This document shows positions 1 to 9,951 of a DNA stretch of 64,000 nt, piece after piece; position 1 is the first letter of the stretch, and each line of letters begins with the position of its first letter. The stretch lies in the NCBI GenBank assembly GCA_045124255.1, contig JBGVLM010000007.1, positions 9,382 through 73,381 on the forward strand. Reading direction: 5' to 3'. The notes beneath the pieces were generated by a model. That model was given only the letters and a program-made list of their open reading frames with translations. It was not told where the DNA came from and did no database searches. Source of the stretch: Butyrivibrio sp. Lineage in GTDB: Bacteria > Bacillota > Clostridia > Lachnospirales > Lachnospiraceae. The translations under genes were made by a program, and so were the position numbers.

Positions 1-2077
1 TACCGACAATTACCGCACCAATAAGGCTGTCCTCCCTCAAATCAATGCCCTCGGAAAACACTCCGCCCATTACACAAAAGCCCACTAAAGTTCTGTCCTC
101 CGACCTGCTGTTAAAGCGGCTTAAGAACTCCTCCTTATCCGCCTCAGTCATGCCTGAATGCTGTATTACATATTCAATATTTTCTTTATTTTCACAGCAT
201 TCGTAGACATTCAGCAGATATTTATATGAAGGAAAAAACACAAGATAATTGCCCTTTTTGGCGGTAACAATATTTTCAATATATTTTTTTATACGGTTGA
301 ATTCCTCTGCATTTCTCCTTGTATATCTGCTTGTAACATCATTACCTATAAGAATTTTTCTTTTTTTAATGTCAAAAACAGAGTTTGCATATATCGCATA
401 ATCCTCTGTATCTCCGCTTAACAGCTCCTTATAATAATTAACCGGCAGTAGCGTCGCAGAGAAGAAAACTGCATTTCTCCCCTTTGCAATGCATTTCTTA
501 AGTCTCTGTGACGGATTCACACAGAACAGCTTTATTGCAAAGCCATCCTCCGTATGTTCGGTATAAATCATGTAGTTATCATCAAGCTCATCATGTATAT
601 AATTATAATGATTTACCTTAAAAAAGAATTCTGAAAGCTCCTTCATGTTTGGAAAATCCCTGTTTTTCTCCATGAAAACCGTAAGCTCCTCAAAAAGTCT
701 TGCCATATTAAGCGAGAATGCATCATCATCCTGTAATATCATATATGTTTCGTCGCATTTTCTTTTCAGTTCCAAAAGATTTCTGTTGCATCTGTCCAGT
801 GCATTAATCACTCTTTTGCCGTGAGAGCTGCCAATCATTCTTTTTATTTCCAGAATTTCTTCTTTAATTATTACTGCACTGTACATTTCTCTTGCCCTGT
901 CCACAAGATTATGCGCTTCATCAACAAGAAAAACATAATTATTTTCGGCACCCTCCGCAAAAAATCTTTTCAGACACACATGGGGGTCAAAGGCATAATT
1001 ATAGTCACATACAATGCAGTCCACCCAATAGGTTATATCAAGACAGAATTCAAACGGGCATACATTGTGCTTTACGGCATACTCCTCAATAACCTGTCTG
1101 TTAATAACATCTTCATGTGTTATTATATCATAAACCGCTTCGTTAATTCTATCATAATGCCCCTTCGCATAAGGGCATGCCACCGGATTACATTCAGGTC
1201 CTGTCCCGCTCTTAAGCATACAGATTTTATCCTTTGCGGTAATTGTTGCGGATTTCAGCACAAGTCCTTTGTGCCTGAGCTGGCTGACCGTATCCTCTGC
1301 AGCGGTCCTGGTAATTGTCTTGGCAGTGAGATAGAATATTTTATCCGCAAGCCCCTCTCCCATTGCTTTAACTGACGGGTATAATGTTGAAATTGTTTTG
1401 CCTGCTCCGGTCGGTGCCTGTATAAAAAGATTCTTTTTAATATTTATCGATTTATAAACATTGACAGCAAGATTACGCTGTCCCTCCCTGTATTCAAAAG
1501 GAAATTCCAGTGCCTTAATTGACGTATTTCTCTTATCTATGTGGTCACATACGAAATCTCCCCAACGCCGAAGCTCTGAAATAAGTCCCGCAAACCACTC
1601 TTCAAGTTCCGAAACACTGTATATCTCTTCAAAATATTTTATACTCTCATCATCAAGATTGACATATGTAACCCTTACGCCCACTTTGTCAAGTTTATTG
1701 TCCCTGCCGTAGAAATATCCATAGCACATTGCCTGTGCCTTATGCACATAATATGCTTCCGTAATATATCTGATATCTTTATATGTGCCCTTTATTTCAT
1801 CAATACAGATAACCTCTCCGTTTGGAAATATTCCGTCAGCCCTGCCTTCAACAGCAACCATATAGCGTTCACCGGACTGTGAAAATTTTAAAGGGACCTC
1901 AGAGCGATACTCAGGTCCCATGGATTTCTGGATTTTTCTGTGTGCTTTACTTCCTGCCTCCATCGCCGTCCGGTCTGAAATACCGCCAAAACGGTTATCA
2001 ATATCTCCGCTTTGACACAGAAACTCCACCAGATTACGAACTGAAATTTTCAAGACATTATCAATAATTTCAAGCAT
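1..2077 (-). CDS. DinG/XPD(Rad3)-family ATP-dependent DNA helicase with N-terminal PD-(D/E)xK nuclease-like domain; the 3' part runs off the window
   Basis: My own minus-strand translation from ATG 2075-2077 gives MLEIIDNVLKISVRNLVEF... It contains an EGRADG...IDEIKG nuclease-like motif, Walker A QAPTGAGKT (about 1400-1425), a DEAH box (FLVDEAHNL) and a Cys cluster (KICML..PECNPVACP..VCPFEFC) typical of the XPD-type Fe-S domain. It is absent from the ORF track because it is truncated by the window edge. Confidence 0.8.
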   Translation of the reverse strand, partial: MLEIIDNVLKISVRNLVEFLCQSGDIDNRFGGISDRTAMEAGSKAHRKIQKSMGPEYRSEVPLKFSQSGERYMVAVEGRADGIFPNGEVICIDEIKGTYKDIRYITEAYYVHKAQAMCYGYFYGRDNKLDKVGVRVTYVNLDDESIKYFEEIYSVSELEEWFAGLISELRRWGDFVCDHIDKRNTSIKALEFPFEYREGQRNLAVNVYKSINIKKNLFIQAPTGAGKTISTLYPSVKAMGEGLADKIFYLTAKTITRTAAEDTVSQLRHKGLVLKSATITAKDKICMLKSGTGPECNPVACPYAKGHYDRINEAVYDIITHEDVINRQVIEEYAVKHNVCPFEFCLDITYWVDCIVCDYNYAFDPHVCLKRFFAEGAENNYVFLVDEAHNLVDRAREMYSAVIIKEEILEIKRMIGSSHGKRVINALDRCNRNLLELKRKCDETYMILQDDDAFSLNMARLFEELTVFMEKNRDFPNMKELSEFFFKVNHYNYIHDELDDNYMIYTEHTEDGFAIKLFCVNPSQRLKKCIAKGRNAVFFSATLLPVNYYKELLSGDTEDYAIYANSVFDIKKRKILIGNDVTSRYTRRNAEEFNRIKKYIENIVTAKKGNYLVFFPSYKYLLNVYECCENKENIEYVIQHSGMTEADKEEFLSRFNSRSEDRTLVGFCVMGGVFSEGIDLREDSLIGAVIVG

Positions 2078-2089
2078 TAGAAAACCTCG

Positions 2090-3322
2090 TTATTTGCTAA
2101 TTACAATTAATGGTCTTACACCCACATCGGATTTGTTAACACACTCTCCGCCGCTCTCGGCAAGTACATTGCCATCTTCAGTAATAACCATTGCGTATGT
2201 ATTATCCTTGGTTGCACTGGTACAGGTCCACCATCTTCCTGCACCGTTGTCATCAGTAAGAAGTCCTTTTGCAAGAGCATAATCCGTTCCGATTCCCACT
2301 CTTAAAGCCTTATCCTCTTCATGATTGCTTGACTGGAAATAATAGGTTCCGTCAACAAGCTCAAACGCAGGTGCAAGAGCAACCTTATCAGTGCAGTCCT
2401 CACCGGCATAATATACATGAAGATAGTTATACGGACTTGTCGTTGTGCGGTCCATTATGTATTCCTGCTCATTCTTATCAAAGCAGGTGTTATAGAATTC
2501 GTCATTCATCCATTCTCTTAAATCAGAGATATCCCATGTAATTGGCGCAAAACTTTCATTGTATTTCTTACAGTCAATAACACTGTCTGCCAGCATTGTC
2601 AGCTGTCCGTCCTCATCCTTAAGCACCCACCAGCGGACAGGTTCATACGGTAAATATGTATATTCACCATTTTTCTCAATTCTTACATATTTCTGACCAT
2701 ATATTTCTGCATAATTATCATCATCAAATTCTGCTTTTGTGACATATTCAGGAACCTCCTTTGCAGAATAGCCCGTCTGGGGATAGATTCCGAGAAAATA
2801 ATAATCATACTCATTATCCGACTCAGCTTTGTAAGGAGCAAGACATATTGTTACATCCGTTTTCTCATCACAGTATTTTTCAAGAATTCCTTCTGTTGCT
2901 TTCTCTGCTTTGTTAAGCAGTTCGTACGCTGCCCTGTAATTCTTCTGTGCAACATATATGTCTGCTACGGCAAAATACATATTATCCGCAGCCTCCGTAT
3001 TCTCTGTTCTATCCAAAAGTATATATGCATAATTAAGTGCCCTCGGATAATCTTCTACCTGAAAAAGGGCGTCAACAAGCTTTAGATAATCCCCATCCTC
3101 TAATTCAACATTGCCTGCCGCAGATAAATATGACGAAATGGCGAGCATATATTCTCCCTGTTCATACTCAGTCCTTGCCTCGGTAATATACACAGTATAA
3201 TCAAAGGGCTTTGACGGTTCATTTTTTTCAAAAGCAAAATGTACAATAAAAACAGCTATAACAGCTATTAATGCAACCGAACCCATTACAATTGTAATTA
3301 TATTTATTTTTTTCTTATCCAT
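2090..3322 (-). CDS. N-terminally membrane-anchored hypothetical protein with a TPR-like helical region and a conserved C-terminal domain
   Basis: 410-aa ORF with one N-terminal TM helix (IITIVMGSVALIAVIAVFIV). The helical stretch is repeat-like (YLSAAGN..ALNYAYILL..AAYELLNKAE). The C-terminal W-rich domain ends in GVRPLIVI. The family is not confidently recognised. Confidence 0.55.
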   Translation of the reverse strand: MDKKKINIITIVMGSVALIAVIAVFIVHFAFEKNEPSKPFDYTVYITEARTEYEQGEYMLAISSYLSAAGNVELEDGDYLKLVDALFQVEDYPRALNYAYILLDRTENTEAADNMYFAVADIYVAQKNYRAAYELLNKAEKATEGILEKYCDEKTDVTICLAPYKAESDNEYDYYFLGIYPQTGYSAKEVPEYVTKAEFDDDNYAEIYGQKYVRIEKNGEYTYLPYEPVRWWVLKDEDGQLTMLADSVIDCKKYNESFAPITWDISDLREWMNDEFYNTCFDKNEQEYIMDRTTTSPYNYLHVYYAGEDCTDKVALAPAFELVDGTYYFQSSNHEEDKALRVGIGTDYALAKGLLTDDNGAGRWWTCTSATKDNTYAMVITEDGNVLAESGGECVNKSDVGVRPLIVISK

Positions 3323-3415
3323 GCTTTAATTAACCTCTTTCAATTCATTTCCTTTAATGATATTATTTTTAATAAATGATGTCAACGAAATTTATTGTAA
3401 ACAGAGGTGTACACA

Positions 3416-4108
3416 ATGAGAACAGCATTAGTAACGGGAACCTCATCAGGAATCGGTTTCTCGATTGCGAAAAGACTTCTTGAAAACGGATGGAGGGTAA
3501 TCGGAATCTCCAGGGAAACCACTGCCATCGAACATGATAACTTTACTAATAGTAAAGTAGATTTAACAAATCTCTCTGCTACGGAAACACTGATTAAGCA
3601 GCTTTCAAAGGAGTATTCCTTTGATTTGCTTGTAAATAATGCAGGCGTCGGCTTTTACGGACTGCATGAGGAGCTGAATGCGGCAAAAATCCATAAAATG
3701 ACTGTCACCAATATTGAAGTTCCTATTCTGATTACGAATCTTCTAATGCGCCGGCTCAAACAGAATCACGGTATAATTGTCAATATTTCCAGTGTCACGG
3801 CAGGCAAATCCAATCCACATGGTGCGGCTTACGGTGCCACAAAGGCTGCACTGACAAGCTTTGGAGCAAGTATTTTTGATGAAGCGAGAAAATACGGAAT
3901 CAGGGTAATAACAATTGAGCCCGATATGACAGACACGCTGCTGTACCGCAATGCCGATTTTACATGCTCCATGGAAGAGGGCTGCCATCTTACTCCTGAC
4001 GAGGTTGCCGACGCACTTATTTACGGAATAAATTCAGGCTGCATAACCCATATAAGGCTGCAGCCGCAATACCACCGGATAAGAAGAAAGGAGCCTTCCG
4101 ATGATTAA
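3416..4108 (+). CDS. Short-chain dehydrogenase/reductase (SDR family oxidoreductase)
   Basis: It has the TGTSSGIG cofactor motif, NNAG, and the catalytic S..YGATKAAL (YxxxK). ATG 3416 is preferred over the track start 3407 (GTG) because AGAGG lies 8 nt upstream. Confidence 0.85.
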   Translation: MRTALVTGTSSGIGFSIAKRLLENGWRVIGISRETTAIEHDNFTNSKVDLTNLSATETLIKQLSKEYSFDLLVNNAGVGFYGLHEELNAAKIHKMTVTNIEVPILITNLLMRRLKQNHGIIVNISSVTAGKSNPHGAAYGATKAALTSFGASIFDEARKYGIRVITIEPDMTDTLLYRNADFTCSMEEGCHLTPDEVADALIYGINSGCITHIRLQPQYHRIRRKEPSDD

Positions 4109-4673
4109 TATTTCTTATGGGAGTGAGGAACTTCACGACGCTCTTGAACCGATGATTGACAAAGTTCTTGAAGCTGATATTTATATTCATATAGAAAAAG
4201 GTGAGGACAATATTATATGCAATGCAGTTACGGACCCCGTAACACAAGCCTCATGCTACCCGGATATGCTGTTAAAGCATGGTTTTACCGAAAAGTCCGT
4301 CTGTGATTCCGATTTATATATAATTGCAGATGCTGCCATCAGACGCTATGGAAGCAGCCGCTGTTTTTTTCTGTATATCAGGGATTATGAATGTGTAACT
4401 GAATTTGTCAATATGCTTCATGAGGTTTTCAAAAACACACAGCCGCGGCTTAAAAGCAGTGATATTGAAATGATTGAGCATTTTGCCTCAGAACTAATGC
4501 TGTCCGCAACAATGCTCCACTCATTCAGAAATCTTATGAGCTATTACGCAGAAACGGGCGGAGACATAAGCGGACTACTTACTCCGTTTATCGAGGAATA
4601 TCCGCTGCCCGTTACCACTAAACAAAAAGGAAAACAAATATATGAGCTTATCCGCAACAAAATACTTTGCTAA
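4101..4673 (+). CDS. Hypothetical protein (190 aa), translationally overlapped with both neighbours
   Basis: The ORF overlaps the SDR stop by 8 nt and the downstream radical SAM start by 32 nt. I recognise no motif. Confidence 0.5.
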   Translation: MINISYGSEELHDALEPMIDKVLEADIYIHIEKGEDNIICNAVTDPVTQASCYPDMLLKHGFTEKSVCDSDLYIIADAAIRRYGSSRCFFLYIRDYECVTEFVNMLHEVFKNTQPRLKSSDIEMIEHFASELMLSATMLHSFRNLMSYYAETGGDISGLLTPFIEEYPLPVTTKQKGKQIYELIRNKILC

Positions 4674-5649
4674 TAACTATTCCCATATCTATATAGAAGA
4701 CGAAGCGGTGAATTATCCGGCAACGGCAAAGATTCTCCGGCATTTCCCCGAATCAGAGATAATACATATCCGGCACTATAAGGATATGTTCAACCGTGCC
4801 AAACAGGATTTTGTACTACAGAAGAAAGCGCAGTCGCTCATTCTCGCAGTAAATCATTCCGAACTTATCTATCCCGGTGCACGTTTCTGTCAAAGCTTCG
4901 GCAATGAACATTTCTATTACACTTCAAATATTATGAATTGTATATATGATTGTGAATACTGCTATCTTCAGGGAATGTACCCTTCGGGCAACATGGTTGT
5001 TTTTGTTAATATAGAGGATTATTTTGATAAAATACGAAATATCCTTAAGGAACATCCGATGTATATATGCATTTCTTATGATACAGACCTGCTTGCAGTT
5101 GAAGGCTTATGCCATTTCACGCAGAAATGGATTGATTTCACAACTGATAATCCGGGATTAACAATTGAGGTGCGCACCAAATCAATGTATGATGTGTCAA
5201 AGCTTAATAACAGCAGTTATCCGGGCATCGTATGGGCGTGGACACTTTCGCCTGATGAGGTTGTAAGCTTTGAGCACTTCACTCCGTCTCTTGCCAACAG
5301 GATTAATGCAGTAAATAACGCCATTAATAATAACTGCCGTGTAAGACTGTGCTTTGACCCAATGATACTTATTCCTGATTATCAGAGAATCTACGGCAGT
5401 TTTTATAAATCTGTTTTTGAACAGATTGATTCTTCCAAAATATTTGACATAAGTGTGGGGTTATTCAGGATTTCATCTGATTATCTCAAGGCAATGCGCC
5501 GTAAAAGAGGCTGTACAATAACAGCCTATCCGTATGACAATGTTAACGGCATGTGCAGCTATGACGCAAAAAAATCCGGCGAAATGCTTGCTTTCGCCGA
5601 ATCTGAATTGTCCGGATATTATCCAAAGGACAGAATATATACAATTTAA
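4642..5649 (+). CDS. SPL (spore photoproduct lyase)-family radical SAM protein, paralogue type
   Basis: The CX3CX2C motif NCIYDCEYCYLQG sits in the SPL-like context (..CYLQ..). Size (335 aa) and layout resemble SplB/COG1533, but the sequence around the cluster differs from canonical SplB (TGCMGHCHYCYLQT). Confidence 0.7.
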   Translation: MSLSATKYFANNYSHIYIEDEAVNYPATAKILRHFPESEIIHIRHYKDMFNRAKQDFVLQKKAQSLILAVNHSELIYPGARFCQSFGNEHFYYTSNIMNCIYDCEYCYLQGMYPSGNMVVFVNIEDYFDKIRNILKEHPMYICISYDTDLLAVEGLCHFTQKWIDFTTDNPGLTIEVRTKSMYDVSKLNNSSYPGIVWAWTLSPDEVVSFEHFTPSLANRINAVNNAINNNCRVRLCFDPMILIPDYQRIYGSFYKSVFEQIDSSKIFDISVGLFRISSDYLKAMRRKRGCTITAYPYDNVNGMCSYDAKKSGEMLAFAESELSGYYPKDRIYTI

Positions 5650-6822
5650 TTACCATTCCGAGAACTGGTTGTCGATTGTTATTACACCGGCACAGTTTCC
5701 CGGAAGCTGTTTAATTATTCTCTCAAACTGCTCCTTTAACTGTTTGTCGTTTATCCGTGAACTGCCAGGCAGAATCGCGTCAAAAATAATATTGGTCTGA
5801 CTCGGACCATCAACAACCCTGAAATCATGTATCGTTATCTTAGGGTCAACCTTATGTATCTCTTCCAGAATAGCAAATTTCAGTGAGTCAACCCTCTCAT
5901 CATTCAGCGTAATCGGGTCCATATGTATCGTTGCCATACAGCCGAGTGTCTCACTCAAATCCCTTTCACATTTATCAATAACATCATGCAGTGCAACAAT
6001 ATTGCCCTCCTCAGAAACCTCACCGTGAAGAGAGATTATTCTGCGTCCCGGACCGTAGTCATGCACAATCAAATCATGTATTCCGACTATCTCAGGATAT
6101 TTGCCGACTATCTCCCTGATTGAATCAACAAAATCCTTATCCGGAGCCTGACCAAGCAACGGGTCAACAGTCTCCTTAATTGAACGTATTCCTGCATAAA
6201 AGATAAATAATGACACCAGAACTCCTGTTATGCCATCGACATTAATTCCGGTATATTTTGAAACCAAAAGCGAAATAAGAACCACTATTGTTGCCACGGT
6301 ATCACTTAATGAATCTGCCGCCGTTGCCTTCATGGAAGCCGAATCAATTCTTGCACCATATATCCTGTTATATACATGCATATATATTTTAACCAGAATT
6401 GCCGCAATTAAAATTATTATTGAAACAATTCCGGTCTCTATCTCCTGCGGATGAATAATCTTCTGTATTGAACTTTTTGCAAGCTCAAAGCCCATTACAA
6501 CAATAAGCAGTGATACAAAAAGTCCTGCAATATATTCCATTCTGCCATGTCCGAACGGGTGCTCATTATCAGGCTTCTTATCAGACATACAGAAGCCTAT
6601 AAGTGAAATTATTGAGGAACCTGCGTCAGATAAGTTATTAAAGGCATCTGCCATAACGGATATTGCACCGCTTAAAAAGCCCGCGATAAGCTTTCCTGCT
6701 GCGAGAAGAATATTCAGTACAATCCCCAGAATTCCCGCAAGCATTCCGTATTTCTTTCGAACCTCAGGATTCTTATAATCAGTTGGATTTTTAATAAAAA
6801 TTCTTGCTAAAACCCCTATCAT
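5650..6822 (-). CDS. Cation diffusion facilitator (CDF) family metal efflux transporter
   Basis: Six-TM N-terminal half with ADAFNNLSD and HPFGHGRMEY motifs, followed by a C-terminal cytoplasmic domain. Confidence 0.85.
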   Translation of the reverse strand: MIGVLARIFIKNPTDYKNPEVRKKYGMLAGILGIVLNILLAAGKLIAGFLSGAISVMADAFNNLSDAGSSIISLIGFCMSDKKPDNEHPFGHGRMEYIAGLFVSLLIVVMGFELAKSSIQKIIHPQEIETGIVSIIILIAAILVKIYMHVYNRIYGARIDSASMKATAADSLSDTVATIVVLISLLVSKYTGINVDGITGVLVSLFIFYAGIRSIKETVDPLLGQAPDKDFVDSIREIVGKYPEIVGIHDLIVHDYGPGRRIISLHGEVSEEGNIVALHDVIDKCERDLSETLGCMATIHMDPITLNDERVDSLKFAILEEIHKVDPKITIHDFRVVDGPSQTNIIFDAILPGSSRINDKQLKEQFERIIKQLPGNCAGVITIDNQFSEW

Positions 6823-6834
6823 TTACAGCTCCAT

Positions 6835-7743
6835 TTACATTAAATATTTCTTTGCTGCAATAGCTGCGACTGCACCGTCCGAAACAGCGGTTGTAAGCTG
6901 CTTTACCTGACGTCTTCTGCAATCCCCTGCGACAAAAATTCCCGAAACATTCGTTGTACATTCCTCGTCAGAATCCACATATCCCGTTTCATTAAGCTTA
7001 ATGATATCCGCAACAAATTCCGTATCAGGAGTTCTTCCGATTGCGACAAACACGCCGTCCGCCTTAATATCCGTCAGACTGTTGTCATTAACATCCGAAA
7101 TTGTGACTCCCTCCACCTGTTCGGCTCCGTAAACAGAAACAACCTTCTTGTTCATAAGCCTTATAACATTGGAACATCCGTTAAGCCGGTTAACCAGCGC
7201 AGGCTCTCCGCGGAATTCATTTCTCCGGTGCACAATATATACCGTGCGGCACAGCTCAGACAGATACAAAGCGTCCTCCAAAGCAGTATTACCTCCGCCG
7301 GCAACGACAACATCCCTTCCCTTATAAAAGGCACCGTCACACACGGCACAATAGGATACGCCCCTTCCTTTAAAGCGGCTCTCTCCATCAGCGCCAATCT
7401 CACGGCATTTCGCCCCGGTTGCCACAATAACTGCATTGCCTTCAAAGCTTCCGCCCTTTGCGGCAACTCTGAATCCGCCATCCGATTTTTTCTCAATCGA
7501 CAGTGCCTCATCATATTCTATTGCTGCACCAAAGTTCATCGCCTGTTCCATCAGTGTTCCTGCAAAATCTGCACCGCTGACCTTTGTAAGTCCCGGGTAA
7601 TTCTCAACCTCTGACGAGAAAGCAATCTGTCCTCCGCAGACATAACGCTCAAGAACCAGTACCTTCATACCGGCTCTTGAAGCATATACCGCAGCGGTAA
7701 GCCCCGCAGGACCGCCGCCGATTACTATTACATCATATTTCAT
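6835..7743 (-). CDS. trxB: Thioredoxin-disulfide reductase
   Basis: GGGPAG FAD motif, redox-active CAVCDG, and a second GGGNTA dinucleotide motif. ATG 7743 (MKYDVIVIGGG) is preferred to the track start 7755. Confidence 0.9.
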   Translation of the reverse strand: MKYDVIVIGGGPAGLTAAVYASRAGMKVLVLERYVCGGQIAFSSEVENYPGLTKVSGADFAGTLMEQAMNFGAAIEYDEALSIEKKSDGGFRVAAKGGSFEGNAVIVATGAKCREIGADGESRFKGRGVSYCAVCDGAFYKGRDVVVAGGGNTALEDALYLSELCRTVYIVHRRNEFRGEPALVNRLNGCSNVIRLMNKKVVSVYGAEQVEGVTISDVNDNSLTDIKADGVFVAIGRTPDTEFVADIIKLNETGYVDSDEECTTNVSGIFVAGDCRRRQVKQLTTAVSDGAVAAIAAKKYLM

Positions 7744-7776
7744 ATTACACCACAAAATTCCTTGAAACTGTATAAA

Positions 7777-8181
7777 TTACTGTGGAATTCCTTCTGCCTG
7801 TTCAGGTGCATCTCCAAGCACCGGATTAGGAAGTCTTACAGGAATACCGAAGCAGCAGGTTGCCGCACGAATCTTCTCATTTGATGATAAAACAACAATC
7901 GGAAGATATTTGGTACGGATAAAGCCCTCTAAATCATCAATAAAGGTACTTACAGTTATACCTGTAATTGTCTCAACATGTAAGCTGATACATTTATCAG
8001 GGTCCTCTATTGTAACACTCAATAATACAATTGCCGAAACCGGATTATTAGGATTAAGGCGGATTGAAGCGTCCTGCTTAACCTGAAGAGCGATTTTCTC
8101 TCCCGGCTTCTTACTGAAAGCATTTGTGTAATCAATATGCTTAATTTCTGTTGGATTAATTGTTACCTGTACATTTTTCAT
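7777..8181 (-). CDS. Hypothetical protein (134 aa)
   Basis: Clean ORF between the radical SAM gene and trxB. There is no signal peptide or recognised motif. A possible SecB-like fold is only a guess. Confidence 0.45.
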   Translation of the reverse strand: MKNVQVTINPTEIKHIDYTNAFSKKPGEKIALQVKQDASIRLNPNNPVSAIVLLSVTIEDPDKCISLHVETITGITVSTFIDDLEGFIRTKYLPIVVLSSNEKIRAATCCFGIPVRLPNPVLGDAPEQAEGIPQ

Positions 8182-8230
8182 TTATGTTTCCTCCATATAC
8201 ATTTGTTCTTTTTATTTTACTTTCTTTTGG

Positions 8231-9922
8231 TCAAATAGTCCACTCTTTTATTGTGGCATTGTTAGTTAAATTATCTCTTTCAAGATAATTAAAATATATC
8301 GGAAATTCTCCTTCCTCTATTATACCTGTACGAAGATATTCCAATACATTTATTTTGAAAATTTCCATATGCTCTGCTTTTGTAAGCTTCCTGTCGGGAA
8401 TCAGCATTCTCGCCCGTGCTGCCGTTTCATAATCCGGTGCAATAAAATTAGGGTATGACTTAAGATTGTCCTTGCAAAGCATATCATATTTGAGAAGCTC
8501 AGCAAGTATTGTCTGCTCATCTTTGGAAAGCCTTTCGCTGACAAAGGAATAAAATAACTCGTATTTGGCATTTCTTGAAGGCAGACTTCCTAAAGGATAT
8601 CTTCTGTCATAGAATTTTCCAAGCTCCATATACATTGAAAATGCATCCTTATAAAAACCACCGGCATATTTTATTCCTGCAGCAAACATTCCGCTGTTAT
8701 AATACATTTCCAGTACATTTTCAACAAGCTTAAGCTTAAGAAGTTCATCATAGCTAATCCACCCGGTATACAGGACCTCGTATGGCGGTGTATCCCTGCA
8801 TACAATTTTGTATTCGGCAGCCTCCGCTTCAATTCCTGCACCATGCAGCATTTTCAAAAAACCAAGCTGCAAATCATGCGGCTTCATTGCATAGATATCG
8901 TTAAAAGATTTCCTGAAGCTTTCAAAATCCTCATACGGCAGTCCCGCAATCAAATCAAGATGAAGATGAATATTGTTATTCTTCATAAGCTTTGCAATAT
9001 TTTCTTTGAGAATATCAAGGTTCATATTCCTGTGAATTGCCCTGATTGTATCCTGATTCGTGGATTGCACACCTATTTCAAGCTGTACAAGTCCCCTTCG
9101 CATTGACTGTAAAAGTTCAATTGCCTCATCATCCAGCAGGTCTGCGGCTATTTCAAAATGAAATCCCGTTATTCCATTGTCATTCTCCCTGATAAAACGC
9201 CAGATTTCCAACGCATGCTTTCGGTTGCAGTTGAAGGTTCTGTCTACAAATTTAATTAACGGCACTTTATTTTCAAGGAAATATGAAAGTTCCTTCTTTA
9301 CAAGCCCGACCTCCTTAAATCTAAGCTTCTTATCCACGGATGACAGACAATAGCTGCATGAAAAAGGACAGCCTCTCTGACTTTCATAATATATTATTCT
9401 GTTATTAAGTGTATCAGTATCATAATCGATATGTATCATATTCATATCCACAGGAGTATCACATGGATTATCACAAATTTCTCCATTATAAAGTACTGTA
9501 ACGCCCTTAATCTGATGAATTTCATCCCGGCGGTTGTTCATATAACAGTCCATAAGCCTGTTAAAGCTTTTCTCGCCCTCTCCCTTCATAACTCCTGCCA
9601 CATTAGAAAACACCCCGGCATAGCTTTGAGGATTATAGCTTACCTCAGGACCTCCGAGCCATACGGGAACTTTAGGAAGGATTTTGGCAAGCTCAGCAGT
9701 TAACTCCTTAACAATGCCTATATTCCATATATAACATGAAAAACCAATGACATCAGGATTTTCCTCATAGATATCCCTAAGTATATCATCGGTTCTGTTA
9801 TTAATTGTATATTCTTTTATTAACACATTATCACTGTATTCCCCTGCTGCCGCCTTAAGACAGTACACAGCAAGGTTGGAGTGAATATATTTGGAATTGA
9901 TTGCAACAAGCAGAAATTTCAT
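8231..9922 (-). CDS. B12-binding domain-containing radical SAM protein (DUF4080-type C-terminus)
   Basis: The N-terminus MKFLLVAINSKYIHSNLA is a B12-binding-like fold, and the radical SAM motif is GCPFSCSYCLSS. A long helical C-terminal extension follows. The track start is 9943; ATG 9922 is preferred (GGGAG upstream, typical family N-terminus). Confidence 0.8.
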   Translation of the reverse strand: MKFLLVAINSKYIHSNLAVYCLKAAAGEYSDNVLIKEYTINNRTDDILRDIYEENPDVIGFSCYIWNIGIVKELTAELAKILPKVPVWLGGPEVSYNPQSYAGVFSNVAGVMKGEGEKSFNRLMDCYMNNRRDEIHQIKGVTVLYNGEICDNPCDTPVDMNMIHIDYDTDTLNNRIIYYESQRGCPFSCSYCLSSVDKKLRFKEVGLVKKELSYFLENKVPLIKFVDRTFNCNRKHALEIWRFIRENDNGITGFHFEIAADLLDDEAIELLQSMRRGLVQLEIGVQSTNQDTIRAIHRNMNLDILKENIAKLMKNNNIHLHLDLIAGLPYEDFESFRKSFNDIYAMKPHDLQLGFLKMLHGAGIEAEAAEYKIVCRDTPPYEVLYTGWISYDELLKLKLVENVLEMYYNSGMFAAGIKYAGGFYKDAFSMYMELGKFYDRRYPLGSLPSRNAKYELFYSFVSERLSKDEQTILAELLKYDMLCKDNLKSYPNFIAPDYETAARARMLIPDRKLTKAEHMEIFKINVLEYLRTGIIEEGEFPIYFNYLERDNLTNNATIKEWTI

Positions 9923-9951
9923 ATTGCCAATACTCCCTGCCATATAATTAT

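Noticed and set aside
821-2067. Plus-strand ORFs from the track (821-1375, 892-1092, 1461-1712, 1822-2067) inside the first 2 kb
   Set aside because: They are antisense to a long uninterrupted minus-strand reading frame with clear helicase motifs (Walker A, DEAH, Fe-S Cys cluster). Their translations are low-complexity and Cys/Phe/Ile-rich, as expected for shadow ORFs.
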